Positions 17,343 through 26,535 of a DNA stretch of 64,000 bases are shown here, one piece after another (the stretch's first letter is position 1; the number at the start of each line of letters is the position of its first letter). The translations under genes and the position numbers were made by a program. Where the stretch lies: positions 1 through 64,000 of the IMG/VR virus record IMGVR_UViG_3300030090_003995; one strand, written 5' to 3'. The DNA is from a virus. The notes beneath the pieces are model-generated. The model did no database searches and was not told the DNA's origin. It worked only from the letters and a program-made list of their open reading frames with translations.

Positions 17343-19721
17343 ATGACTGAAGAAGCGAAAAATAGAATCTTAGAAGCATTACGTTCCGGCGTAGATGTTG
17401 AAGGTAAATTAGATGATATTGAAGACTATTATGTTGGTGAAAAGGAAGTTATGGAACAAGATGATTGGGACAAACTTCTCGAAGAAACTAAAGAAGAATT
17501 TAGTTCTGACCCTGATGCCCAACTTAAGGCTAATTTTAAAACTGCTTATAAGGAAGTTATTTTTGATAAAGTGCGTTATAATGGTAAACCCCTAAATTAT
17601 GAGGATTTTACTAATCCAAATTTAGACATTGAAGATATTACTATTCTTTCAACCGTGTTAAAAAACCCACCTCAATATGAAAAGTGGTTAAAGAGTGTAG
17701 AAGGTTTTAGACTTGCTCATTCTGAATTTTTAACAGAAAATGATAAAGATTCGTTAGATGCGATTGTTAATAGAATTGCTGAGTTTGTTGAACGTGGAGC
17801 AAGTATTACACAAATAGATAGGGCGGAATTATTACCTGAACAATTAGTGAGGGGCTTTTTGAATTTTGAACTTCAAGAAGATAGGGATGATATTTATGCG
17901 TATTGGAGAAAAATTAGCGTAAGATATTATTCAGTAGTATATGCACTTGCTCGATTCCAAATAGCAGCAGATAATTCTAATTTAGATGAAGGTATGATTG
18001 AAGATATTAACAATTTAAAAATACCTCCTAATTATATTGGGAGTGTTCCTCCTATTAAACGTGATATAAAAAACATTTATGTGAGAATTGGTGAATGGGT
18101 TGCATTTACTGGTCAGGCTATTGCTCAAGCAAAGGAACACGCTTTGAGTGGAGAATTTTTTAGTCGCGGCGAACCTAGAGACTTTAAAGATATGAAACTT
18201 GAAGATAGACTAAAACGGGGTAAAATTGTTCCAGAATGGAGAAGGGAGGATATTGCAGAACGTAGTCAAAGAGAACCTACGCATGAATTAGATGAGCAGG
18301 AATTTGATGAACAAGCGGCAGATTTTGAAGAGTTGGACCCTTATTATGCTTATGAATTAGAAAACCAGTTTAATTTCCCGATTCGAACTCTTGAGGTTGA
18401 AAAGGCTAAAAGAATTTTGAATAAGTGGTTGGAGACAACTAAACGGCGTGGCGATATGAAAGAAATTGAGAAAGTTTTACATAAAAAAATTCTTGAAATC
18501 CAATTACAGGCTCATAAAAGTACTGGCAATAAAACGTACCATCTACCATATACCGATTGGGTATTATCAAGATACACTATTTCTGAATTAGGTGAAGACG
18601 CTGCAAAAATTTCTGAATTGACTGGTAAATTTTTCGATGACCTTTCTAATATTTTATTCGAATTAAAAGGTCAAGAACAAGTTGATTCGCCAAAAGAGGG
18701 TAGTAAATTTACAGGGGTACAGGTTGGTGATAAAGTAAAGGATATTGATATATCAACATATCAACAAGGCATAGAACCGGTTCCCAGAAAGTTTGATGAT
18801 GAAAATTTAAAAGATAGTTTAAAGAGTTTTTTGGAAAAATTAGATGAGTATTATTTTACACCTATTATTGGTAAAGATGATTTATTTGTTGGTGGTATTC
18901 CGCCTAGATTTGCAACTGATTTAGAGGGTGCGCGGTCATTTAATTTAATTGGTATAGAATTTAGTAATCACCCTCCTCTACAACAAACTAAGAATATTCA
19001 TGCGACATTAGAAGATAATATTGATTTGGGTGCTTTAAAGAAGGTTAGGGATTATTTAAAACAGGAAACTACTTCTGAAATACAACAAAATACCCAAAAA
19101 TACATTGATGATTTGGTAGAATTAGTTGCTGCCCTTACTGCTTTATTTGAAGATGAAGATTGGGCTTTGGAGTATGCGGCTTATCAATTAAATTTATATT
19201 TAAGAGGTAAAGGTTCAGTTAATAAATTATCCAATTTAAAAATAAAGGATAAGAATGCCCAAAAATTATTTGATGCCTTTAATAAACGTGGCGGTCGTGG
19301 TAAGTCTATTGTTTATTCTTTAAGGGCTTATCTTACACTCCCTAGGTTTAAGAAATTAATTGCTGAACAGGAAAAAATGGGCATTAGTGTTACCCAATAT
19401 AATACTGTAACTAATGAAATTTTAAATTTGACAGAGCCTGAAAAACAGAACAAAATTCCTGACGTTGCTAAGGCTTTACTTGAAACTCATGATGTTGTTA
19501 GAACAATGAACGGTAAAGAGACTGTTTATGGTAGATTATCTTTATACAATGTTGATGCTATGGATTATATTATTACAAAAATGGATAGTAAATATAACGT
19601 TGATATTACTGCTATGGATGTAATGACTATCGTTAAATCTTGTGATTCTTTCCAATCATTGTCAAATAACCACGGGTTGTCTCAAGAAGTTATTTATGAA
19701 ATTAAGGGGCTGTGTAGATAA
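17343..19721 (+). CDS. Large hypothetical protein (792 aa), possibly virion-associated
   Basis: Long acidic helical ORF; no recognisable motif. Confidence 0.75.
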   Translation: MTEEAKNRILEALRSGVDVEGKLDDIEDYYVGEKEVMEQDDWDKLLEETKEEFSSDPDAQLKANFKTAYKEVIFDKVRYNGKPLNYEDFTNPNLDIEDITILSTVLKNPPQYEKWLKSVEGFRLAHSEFLTENDKDSLDAIVNRIAEFVERGASITQIDRAELLPEQLVRGFLNFELQEDRDDIYAYWRKISVRYYSVVYALARFQIAADNSNLDEGMIEDINNLKIPPNYIGSVPPIKRDIKNIYVRIGEWVAFTGQAIAQAKEHALSGEFFSRGEPRDFKDMKLEDRLKRGKIVPEWRREDIAERSQREPTHELDEQEFDEQAADFEELDPYYAYELENQFNFPIRTLEVEKAKRILNKWLETTKRRGDMKEIEKVLHKKILEIQLQAHKSTGNKTYHLPYTDWVLSRYTISELGEDAAKISELTGKFFDDLSNILFELKGQEQVDSPKEGSKFTGVQVGDKVKDIDISTYQQGIEPVPRKFDDENLKDSLKSFLEKLDEYYFTPIIGKDDLFVGGIPPRFATDLEGARSFNLIGIEFSNHPPLQQTKNIHATLEDNIDLGALKKVRDYLKQETTSEIQQNTQKYIDDLVELVAALTALFEDEDWALEYAAYQLNLYLRGKGSVNKLSNLKIKDKNAQKLFDAFNKRGGRGKSIVYSLRAYLTLPRFKKLIAEQEKMGISVTQYNTVTNEILNLTEPEKQNKIPDVAKALLETHDVVRTMNGKETVYGRLSLYNVDAMDYIITKMDSKYNVDITAMDVMTIVKSCDSFQSLSNNHGLSQEVIYEIKGLCR

Positions 19722-20596
19722 TGACAGAAGAAGCCGCTGAAGATAGACCACCTAGAATTAAACCCGAAGAGGTTACATTTAAAAAAATGTCTGAAAGTAA
19801 AGCGGTAAAAACGTTTGTTAAAGATGGGTATACTGGTTATCGAAAAAGAAGAATGCGGTTTAAAACTTTATCTAGAGATTCTATTTTTGCTACTGCACCT
19901 GCAACTATGTTTGTTGCCTTTTTAGGTGATACTCCTGTTGGGGTTATAGGTTATTCCAAATATAAAAATTTGTTATTGGATGCTGGGGTTCATGTTAGAG
20001 AAGAGTATAGGGGAAGAGGGCTTACCGGCATATTGATAGATAAAATTATAGAAGAGAAAGGAAACAAAACTTACTTAGTAAATATATCTAATGAACTTAT
20101 AATTCCTTCTTATAGAAATAGAGGGTTTGTTGATATAGATAGAACTAATTTACCTGAAGAAATTTTAGAAGAATTAGATATTGCTAGTGATTTAGAACAA
20201 GTCCAAAAATATATGCAACATTTACCTGAAAGGTGGATGGGAATTTTAAAATTTTCTGCTGCTATGAGGCCTAGCCAAAAAAATAAACCTGAAGAAGTAG
20301 AGGTAGAATTAGATAAAGATACTTTAGCAGAATCTTGTTGTGAACAAGCAAGATTAACATTTATAGAAGGATTCACTAAAATTAATGAGGCTGATAATAA
20401 AAGACATTCAGGCAAGCCGGGACTCAAAAGACTTAATGCGATATATGATAATGTAATTTCTAGTCTTGATGGGGTTCCTTGTGACATGTTTAGGATAATG
20501 TTAAGAAATATGTTAGAAATGCCTAATTTTCAATTAGTACATCCTTTAGCGAAAGATATATTAAAAGATTGGGAGGAATGTGAAAGTGGAAATTGA
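19721..20596 (+). CDS. GNAT acetyltransferase fused to a Cys-containing C-terminal domain
   Basis: VHVREEYRGRGL acetyl-CoA motif A; internal WMGILK between the domains. Confidence 0.75.
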   Translation: MTEEAAEDRPPRIKPEEVTFKKMSESKAVKTFVKDGYTGYRKRRMRFKTLSRDSIFATAPATMFVAFLGDTPVGVIGYSKYKNLLLDAGVHVREEYRGRGLTGILIDKIIEEKGNKTYLVNISNELIIPSYRNRGFVDIDRTNLPEEILEELDIASDLEQVQKYMQHLPERWMGILKFSAAMRPSQKNKPEEVEVELDKDTLAESCCEQARLTFIEGFTKINEADNKRHSGKPGLKRLNAIYDNVISSLDGVPCDMFRIMLRNMLEMPNFQLVHPLAKDILKDWEECESGN

Positions 20597-22031
20597 TGCT
20601 TTAGATTTTGCATCTGAAATGGATATGGAGATTTCTAAATCTTCATTTCCATATTTTTTCCAACATATTCTTGGATTTGACTTTACGTCTTTTCATCAAG
20701 AGTGGTTAGATTTAATGCACAGTTCAAAACGTGCAGTTATTATTTGTAGTCGTGACCACGGAAAGTCCGTATTTATGCACTCATGGGCAGTATGGAATTT
20801 AGTTTTTCAACCACCACCATTTCAAATGCTATATATTTCTTCTAACCATAAGCAGACTATGGTTCACATGAGAGATATTGATAAGTTATTTAACAAACCT
20901 GCCCTTAAAAGGTTTAGACCAAGTAGAGGATGGGCGGTAGGAAACATTACACTTACTAATGGTAATTCTATTCTTGAGCGTTCAGTTGGTTCACAGATTC
21001 GTGGTTTACACCCACAAGAAATTATTATTGACGACCCTCTAAAGGAATTTAGTCTTAATGGTATTAAGCGTGTAACTGATTGGTTCTTTGGTGATATGAT
21101 TCCGACTCTTCACCATACTGCCTCATTAAGAATGATTGGCACACCATTTACATATACTGATATTTTCACAGAACTTGAAGAAAATGAAGCGTACACCGTT
21201 AGAAAATACCCTTGCCTCAATCAATTAAATGAACCGCTTTGGCCTGAAAGATGGGATTATGATGCGCTAATGCAGCGTAAGTCTGAGGTGGGTTCTTTAA
21301 AGTTTACAAGAGAATATATGTGTATTCCAGTATCAACAGGAACTTCTTTATTTAACCCTGAACATTTAGATGAATGTAAAAAATTGGGTAAGGATAGAAT
21401 CTTGCTTATGCGGCAAAGAAAGAGTCAAGGTTATAAATACTTTGTTGGTGTAGACCCTGCTATTTCTACCGATGGGGATTACAATGTTATTTTAGTTTTA
21501 GAGGTAGATGAGAATAAAAATAAAACTGTGGTGTTTGTAGACCGTTCAAAAAATGTAGAGTTTAGAGAAAATATTAATAAGTTAAAATTGATTGGGCAAT
21601 TATTTCAACCTGAGTCTATATTCTTAGAAACTAACACTTTCGCTAAATCCTTTACACAGGAACTTAGAAATGAAACCGACCTCAATGTTCACGATTTTAC
21701 AACTACTAGAAAGAAGAAAGAAGAAATCATTCTTAATTTACAAATGAATATAGAAAACCACAAAATAATATTTCCAAGAGGAAGCGAAGAAAGCAGAAGG
21801 GTCACAGATAGCATTTTAGAGGAATTATCAATGTTTGCCATCACCGACACCGGAAGGTTTGAAGGCGTAGGGGCGCATGACGATTTGGTTATGGGGCTTG
21901 CCCTTGCTAATGCCGCAACTCATCAATTGATGGATAATTTTATATTATTGGATGATATAGATATTTTTGGCACTAAAGAACAAAAACCTATTAATTCTAT
22001 AGGAGGTGGAGTACTTGGTCTTAATTTCTAA
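20580..22031 (+). CDS. terL: Terminase large subunit
   Basis: Walker A SRDHGKS, Walker B IIIDD, GTP coupling motif, nuclease VGVDPA and HDDLVM. Confidence 0.95.
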   Translation: MKVEIDALDFASEMDMEISKSSFPYFFQHILGFDFTSFHQEWLDLMHSSKRAVIICSRDHGKSVFMHSWAVWNLVFQPPPFQMLYISSNHKQTMVHMRDIDKLFNKPALKRFRPSRGWAVGNITLTNGNSILERSVGSQIRGLHPQEIIIDDPLKEFSLNGIKRVTDWFFGDMIPTLHHTASLRMIGTPFTYTDIFTELEENEAYTVRKYPCLNQLNEPLWPERWDYDALMQRKSEVGSLKFTREYMCIPVSTGTSLFNPEHLDECKKLGKDRILLMRQRKSQGYKYFVGVDPAISTDGDYNVILVLEVDENKNKTVVFVDRSKNVEFRENINKLKLIGQLFQPESIFLETNTFAKSFTQELRNETDLNVHDFTTTRKKKEEIILNLQMNIENHKIIFPRGSEESRRVTDSILEELSMFAITDTGRFEGVGAHDDLVMGLALANAATHQLMDNFILLDDIDIFGTKEQKPINSIGGGVLGLNF

Positions 22032-23352
22032 GAGTGAGAAGGGAGATAAACTTCGTGAACTTGCGGAGTTAGAAGATGATAAAGAAAGAATCGAGTCTGA
22101 AATTAAATTAGCCTCTTGGTTAAGAGAGCAACCTGTTTCGGATGAATATGAAGTTGCTACTAATATGGCTAAAGCATTTAATATGAATCTTTCTCAGGTT
22201 AAAAAAGAACTTGAGGCGTTTCCTGAAGATTGTGCTTGTGAAGAACAAGATATTCCTAAATTAGTTAAGCAATTAAGAAAACATCGTCGCACTATTAAAG
22301 GTTATGATAAATTTAAATTTACTAAAGGTATTGAGAATTTAATTAATTCCTATAGTTCACATTTAGACAATTGTATTAAATCTATTTATTGGGTATCTAA
22401 ATATGAATACCCTTTAAAACAAATGACGTTTACTGAGATTGATTTAAAAAAGATTCACTCCATCAAGGACTATGATACTAGAAGTCAAGTTATAGATTCT
22501 TTGTGTAAATTTTGGGAGGCAGATTTAGAAATTAAAAATGTCGCATACTCTAAGGATTATTCTAGATTATTTAAACAAAAAAAGGCAGCAAAGAAAGAAT
22601 TTAGACGAGTACTAAAAAACATTTCACATCAGTCAGTTAGAAATAATTTATCAAATCAGGTAGATGATTTTATCAAAAAATCTGTTTGTGATTATCCTGG
22701 AATTTCCTCTAGAGAAATACATGATAGAATGCCAAGTAAACTTTACAAAGTGTCTTCTCCACAAATTATTTCTAAATCTATAAAAAAGATTGGGATAACA
22801 AATATTAACGGGGCTAACTACAAATTACCTGATGAAATTAAAAAAGATTTATATGCGTATACTGCATCATTTATTGACTCTGATGGTTATATTACAATGG
22901 ATAAAAGTTATAATCCGAGAGTGGGATTAGTGGCAACAGGTGATAGAGGAAAAGCATTTATGATTCAAATTCAAAAGGAGTTGGGCATTGGTAAATTACA
23001 TCTTGACCAAAAATCTCCTCAAGGGACTCGACCTGTTAATAGATTAAATTTTTATTCACAATCTGATGTTCATGAATTACTTACAAAGTGTAGGCCACAT
23101 TTTAGAATGAAAGGTAAAAATGCTGATTTATTATTAGAACTGATTAAGATGAAACAAGGTTTTAAGAAAGAAGAATGGTATAAGGGTCGTTGTGAAGAAA
23201 TTTTTAAGTTAATGAAGTGGGAGAATCATAAAGACCATGTTGGTTATAACTTTGCTCAATATGGTATTGACCCAACTATTGTTGCCAAATTACATGACAA
23301 TTGTAAGATGGATATTATGAACGATTTAGAATCTATTAAGAAGGATGAGTAA
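22006..23352 (+). CDS. LAGLIDADG homing-endonuclease-domain protein with long N-terminal extension
   Basis: YTASFIDSDGYI motif and a typical downstream beta/alpha pattern in the C-terminal 170 aa. Confidence 0.8.
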   Translation: MEYLVLISKSEKGDKLRELAELEDDKERIESEIKLASWLREQPVSDEYEVATNMAKAFNMNLSQVKKELEAFPEDCACEEQDIPKLVKQLRKHRRTIKGYDKFKFTKGIENLINSYSSHLDNCIKSIYWVSKYEYPLKQMTFTEIDLKKIHSIKDYDTRSQVIDSLCKFWEADLEIKNVAYSKDYSRLFKQKKAAKKEFRRVLKNISHQSVRNNLSNQVDDFIKKSVCDYPGISSREIHDRMPSKLYKVSSPQIISKSIKKIGITNINGANYKLPDEIKKDLYAYTASFIDSDGYITMDKSYNPRVGLVATGDRGKAFMIQIQKELGIGKLHLDQKSPQGTRPVNRLNFYSQSDVHELLTKCRPHFRMKGKNADLLLELIKMKQGFKKEEWYKGRCEEIFKLMKWENHKDHVGYNFAQYGIDPTIVAKLHDNCKMDIMNDLESIKKDE

Positions 23353-23354
23353 TT

Positions 23355-23780
23355 ATGTGGTTCGACCTTCTTAAAAAAGATGATGCGTGTACTCGTAAAG
23401 TAAAAGCGAGTTATGATAAATGGCCTTCTGCGTATGCTTCAGGTGCATTAGTTCAATGTAGAAAAGTTGGAGCCGCTAATTGGGGTAAATCAAAAAAGAA
23501 AAAGAAAAAGGTTAAAAAGTGTAGTGTTTGTGAAGAACATAAACATGATGAAGTTTCTAAGGATTGGGTAAGTTGCGCTTCATGTACTGATGATAAAAAG
23601 GGAACAGAACCTTGTGGTAGAAAAGACGCATCAAAGGGTACAAAGCGTAGATGTAGACCAACTTGTTCAGCCTGTAAAGATTACAAAAGAAGAGGTGGAA
23701 AACCTAAGAGAAGAAAAGCGGGAACTTTTTCAAAAGAAAAAGATGAAGGATTACATGGATGGTTTAAAAGGAGAGGTTAA
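23355..23780 (+). CDS. WxxILK-tag basic Cys-rich protein (WPSAYASGALV domain)
   Basis: MWFDLLKK; DACTRKVKASYDKWPSAYASGALVQCRKVGAANWG recalls hypothetical proteins of T4-like cyanophages. Confidence 0.7.
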   Translation: MWFDLLKKDDACTRKVKASYDKWPSAYASGALVQCRKVGAANWGKSKKKKKKVKKCSVCEEHKHDEVSKDWVSCASCTDDKKGTEPCGRKDASKGTKRRCRPTCSACKDYKRRGGKPKRRKAGTFSKEKDEGLHGWFKRRG

Positions 23781-23782
23781 TT

Positions 23783-24052
23783 ATGGAAGAATGGTTTAAT
23801 ACTTTAAAGGCTGCTTGTACAAAGCGTACTAAAAAAACAAGTTCAGACCGTAAAGGGAAAAAATGGATGGCTTGTGTACCATCAGGTAAAAAAGGTAAAT
23901 ACAAAAAAGTTCATTGGGGTCAAGCAGGAGTTAAGGTTACAGGAGGAAGTGGGAACACTAAAAGAAAAAAATCGTTTAATGCGAGACATAAATGTAAAAC
24001 TTGTAAAAGAGGCGATTATTCAGCAAGATGTATGGCTTGTAGGGATTGGTAA
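23783..24052 (+). CDS. WxxILK-tag basic Cys-rich protein (KSFxARHxC domain)
   Basis: MEEWFNTLKA; KKVHWG..RKKSFNARHKC..CRDW. Confidence 0.7.
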   Translation: MEEWFNTLKAACTKRTKKTSSDRKGKKWMACVPSGKKGKYKKVHWGQAGVKVTGGSGNTKRKKSFNARHKCKTCKRGDYSARCMACRDW

Positions 24053-24054
24053 TT

Positions 24055-24222
24055 ATGTTAGGAATTGTGTTAGCATCATTAATTATTTTGGTTGCCATTT
24101 TTTGGTATAATTTTTGGGTTTCATTAAATGACCTTGTTGATGGTGTTATTGAAGTTGAGGCTGAGGAAATAACAGAAGAGTTATGGAAAAGTCATAAATT
24201 ATTAAGGAGGATTCATAAATGA
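24055..24222 (+). CDS. 55-aa membrane protein
   Basis: MLGIVLASLIILVAIFWYNFW...; overlaps the portal ATG. Confidence 0.5.
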   Translation: MLGIVLASLIILVAIFWYNFWVSLNDLVDGVIEVEAEEITEELWKSHKLLRRIHK

Positions 24223-25862
24223 GTGAGAAAAGAAGATGGAGGATTGGGAACTTTTTGCGAAGAAAAACTCCTAAACCTGGAGACCGTAAAGTATTTAATT
24301 TAGGAATACAGGAAAGAGAAGCAAATTATTTAATGACAACACCTCTATTATATAACGTTGCATATAATTCAGTTATTACTCGAACCTGTATTACGCAATT
24401 GAAAAATGAAGTGTTTAGACGTGGTTATGAATGGAGAAAGAACTTTGCTCATAAATGTCAAGATTGTGGAAAACAACATGAGAAGCCAGTTGAAGAGTGT
24501 TCAGAATGTGGTTCTAGAAATTTAAAGAAACCTGACCAAAAACAATTAAAGTATGCCAAAAATATGTTTGAGGGTTATGTCAATAAGTCTAATCAAATGT
24601 TGATTGATGTTCTTAAAGAACTTGAAGACGATTTAAATATTGTCGATGATGCTTACCTTGTTCTTGTTAAAGAGTATTATTTAGATGGTAACGGTGAAAT
24701 TAAATTGCACCGTGTTAAAGAAATCTATCGTGCTGACCCAGTTACTATGGCTATTTATTCCGATGAAGTTGGAGAAAGAGGAACCAAAGGGTTTACTGCT
24801 TTGAATGATAGAAATTATATTTCAGAAAATCAATTTGAGTGTCACCCTGAAACACAAGAAATTCTTTATCCTATACATTATGTAAATAGAGTGCATGGTG
24901 AAGACCAGTTCTTTATTGAAGGTGAAGTTTTACACTTTAGTAAATATTCTCCAACAAGGATGTATGGGCAATCTCCTGTTATTACATTGTTTAATCATAT
25001 TACTACTCTTATTGCTATGGAGAACTATGTTAATCAGTCTTATACTAAAAGCCGTATGCCTAAAGGATTGCTCGCTGTTCAAACTAGAAACATTGAATCA
25101 ATGAGAACTTTTTGGCGAGCGGTTAAAGAAAAGATGGAAGAAGACCCACACTTCATTCCTGTTATGGGTATTGAAGCAGAAAATGGAAAGGGTTCAGTTG
25201 AGTGGATTAAATTTATGGATTCATTGAAAGAGATGGATTATGTTGCAGTTAAGGAAGATTTGCGAGATAGGATTGCTGCTTTCTATGGGGTTAGTAAAAT
25301 CTTTATGGCAGACAATTCATCAAGTGGTGGATTGAATAATGAAGGTATGCAAATTCTTGTTACAAATCGTGCGGTAGAAATGGCACAGAACGTTTACAAT
25401 CATTATGTCTTCCCTTGGTTTGTTGGAGAATTTGGAATTACAGATTGGAAGTTAGTATTGCCACCATCAGAAGAAGAAGATGAAATTGCAGTAATGCGAA
25501 AGCGAGAAATTGAAGTTAATATTGCCGCTTCAATTAAAAATCTTGGATTTATTGTTGATATGAATGAAGATGGTGAATTTACATTCAAGAAAGAACCACC
25601 TGCACCACCGGCAGGACAACCACAACAAGGTGATAAAGGTGATAAAGGCGGTAAAATAGAAACCGACCCTTATGCGGGAACAAATATTGATGCAAGTCAA
25701 TTAGGGCAAATGCAAGAACAAATGATGGCGGGTGGAAAAGATTCATCCGGTGGAGGCACAAGGAATAAACCCTCTATGAGCGTTGGACCTGATAAGAGAG
25801 CCACAGGCTTACCAAAAGAAGCCGGAAACCAAAATGTCGATAAAAGAACAGAAAGAAGGTGA
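24219..25862 (+). CDS. Portal protein with zinc-ribbon insertion
   Basis: Position after TerL; YGQSP, PKGLL, IAAFYGVSKIFM portal-like motifs; CQDC..CSEC insert. Confidence 0.9.
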   Translation: MSEKRRWRIGNFLRRKTPKPGDRKVFNLGIQEREANYLMTTPLLYNVAYNSVITRTCITQLKNEVFRRGYEWRKNFAHKCQDCGKQHEKPVEECSECGSRNLKKPDQKQLKYAKNMFEGYVNKSNQMLIDVLKELEDDLNIVDDAYLVLVKEYYLDGNGEIKLHRVKEIYRADPVTMAIYSDEVGERGTKGFTALNDRNYISENQFECHPETQEILYPIHYVNRVHGEDQFFIEGEVLHFSKYSPTRMYGQSPVITLFNHITTLIAMENYVNQSYTKSRMPKGLLAVQTRNIESMRTFWRAVKEKMEEDPHFIPVMGIEAENGKGSVEWIKFMDSLKEMDYVAVKEDLRDRIAAFYGVSKIFMADNSSSGGLNNEGMQILVTNRAVEMAQNVYNHYVFPWFVGEFGITDWKLVLPPSEEEDEIAVMRKREIEVNIAASIKNLGFIVDMNEDGEFTFKKEPPAPPAGQPQQGDKGDKGGKIETDPYAGTNIDASQLGQMQEQMMAGGKDSSGGGTRNKPSMSVGPDKRATGLPKEAGNQNVDKRTERR

Positions 25863-25866
25863 TTAA

Positions 25867-26310
25867 ATGAGTTGGTTTGATATATTAAAAGCCCAACAAA
25901 GGTTATTTAGCGAACCCCCTTTAACAGAAGAAGAGGAAGCAGTTTTAGATGAAGGATTGGAGGAAAATCCATTCTTGAGACCAAGGGAAGGTAAAGTCTT
26001 AGCAGCGACCGAAGACCATAAAAAGCCTAAAAAATCAAAACAATTAAAACTTCCGGGTGCGCCTATTAGAACAAAAGTTCCTATATCTGAATTTAGAGAT
26101 GGTTCTAGTCCAACAGGTGATGATACAAAATTAACCGTTCAACAACAAACAAGACTGGCTCAAAAAGAACCTAGAGGGCATTTTAAAGAATTAGCCAATG
26201 AAATGACAAGATTGGCATTACGTTCTCAAAATTCTGATGGTCAAAAACAAAAGAAATTATTAGGGCGTATGAGAATGCGATTAGAAGAAGAAAATATACC
26301 GAGGGCTTAA
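25867..26310 (+). CDS. WxxILK-tag hypothetical protein
   Basis: MSWFDILKA. Confidence 0.7.
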   Translation: MSWFDILKAQQRLFSEPPLTEEEEAVLDEGLEENPFLRPREGKVLAATEDHKKPKKSKQLKLPGAPIRTKVPISEFRDGSSPTGDDTKLTVQQQTRLAQKEPRGHFKELANEMTRLALRSQNSDGQKQKKLLGRMRMRLEEENIPRA

Positions 26311-26311
26311 T

Positions 26312-26530
26312 ATGACAAGTAGAGAAGATGTAGCAAAAATTCGTAGGGAACTACAAGAAACTGAGAGAGTGCTAACTTTAGCAGAACAGAAAAAAACTAT
26401 CAATAAAAATCATGCACCTGTGCAATTACCTGATAAAAAGACTCATTATAATGAGAGGACTTCATCCAATCAAATTGATTATGTTGTTCATTTGCCTAAG
26501 AAGCAAAAGCGTAGCGAAAATAAGTGGTGA
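26312..26530 (+). CDS. Hypothetical protein
   Basis: 72-aa ORF within the operon. Confidence 0.6.
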   Translation: MTSREDVAKIRRELQETERVLTLAEQKKTINKNHAPVQLPDKKTHYNERTSSNQIDYVVHLPKKQKRSENKW

Positions 26531-26535
26531 GTAAA

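Noticed and set aside
22006-23352. Intein or intron splitting the terminase
   Set aside because: TerL is complete through HDDLVM, and the LAGLIDADG ORF is separate with no intein terminal motifs.
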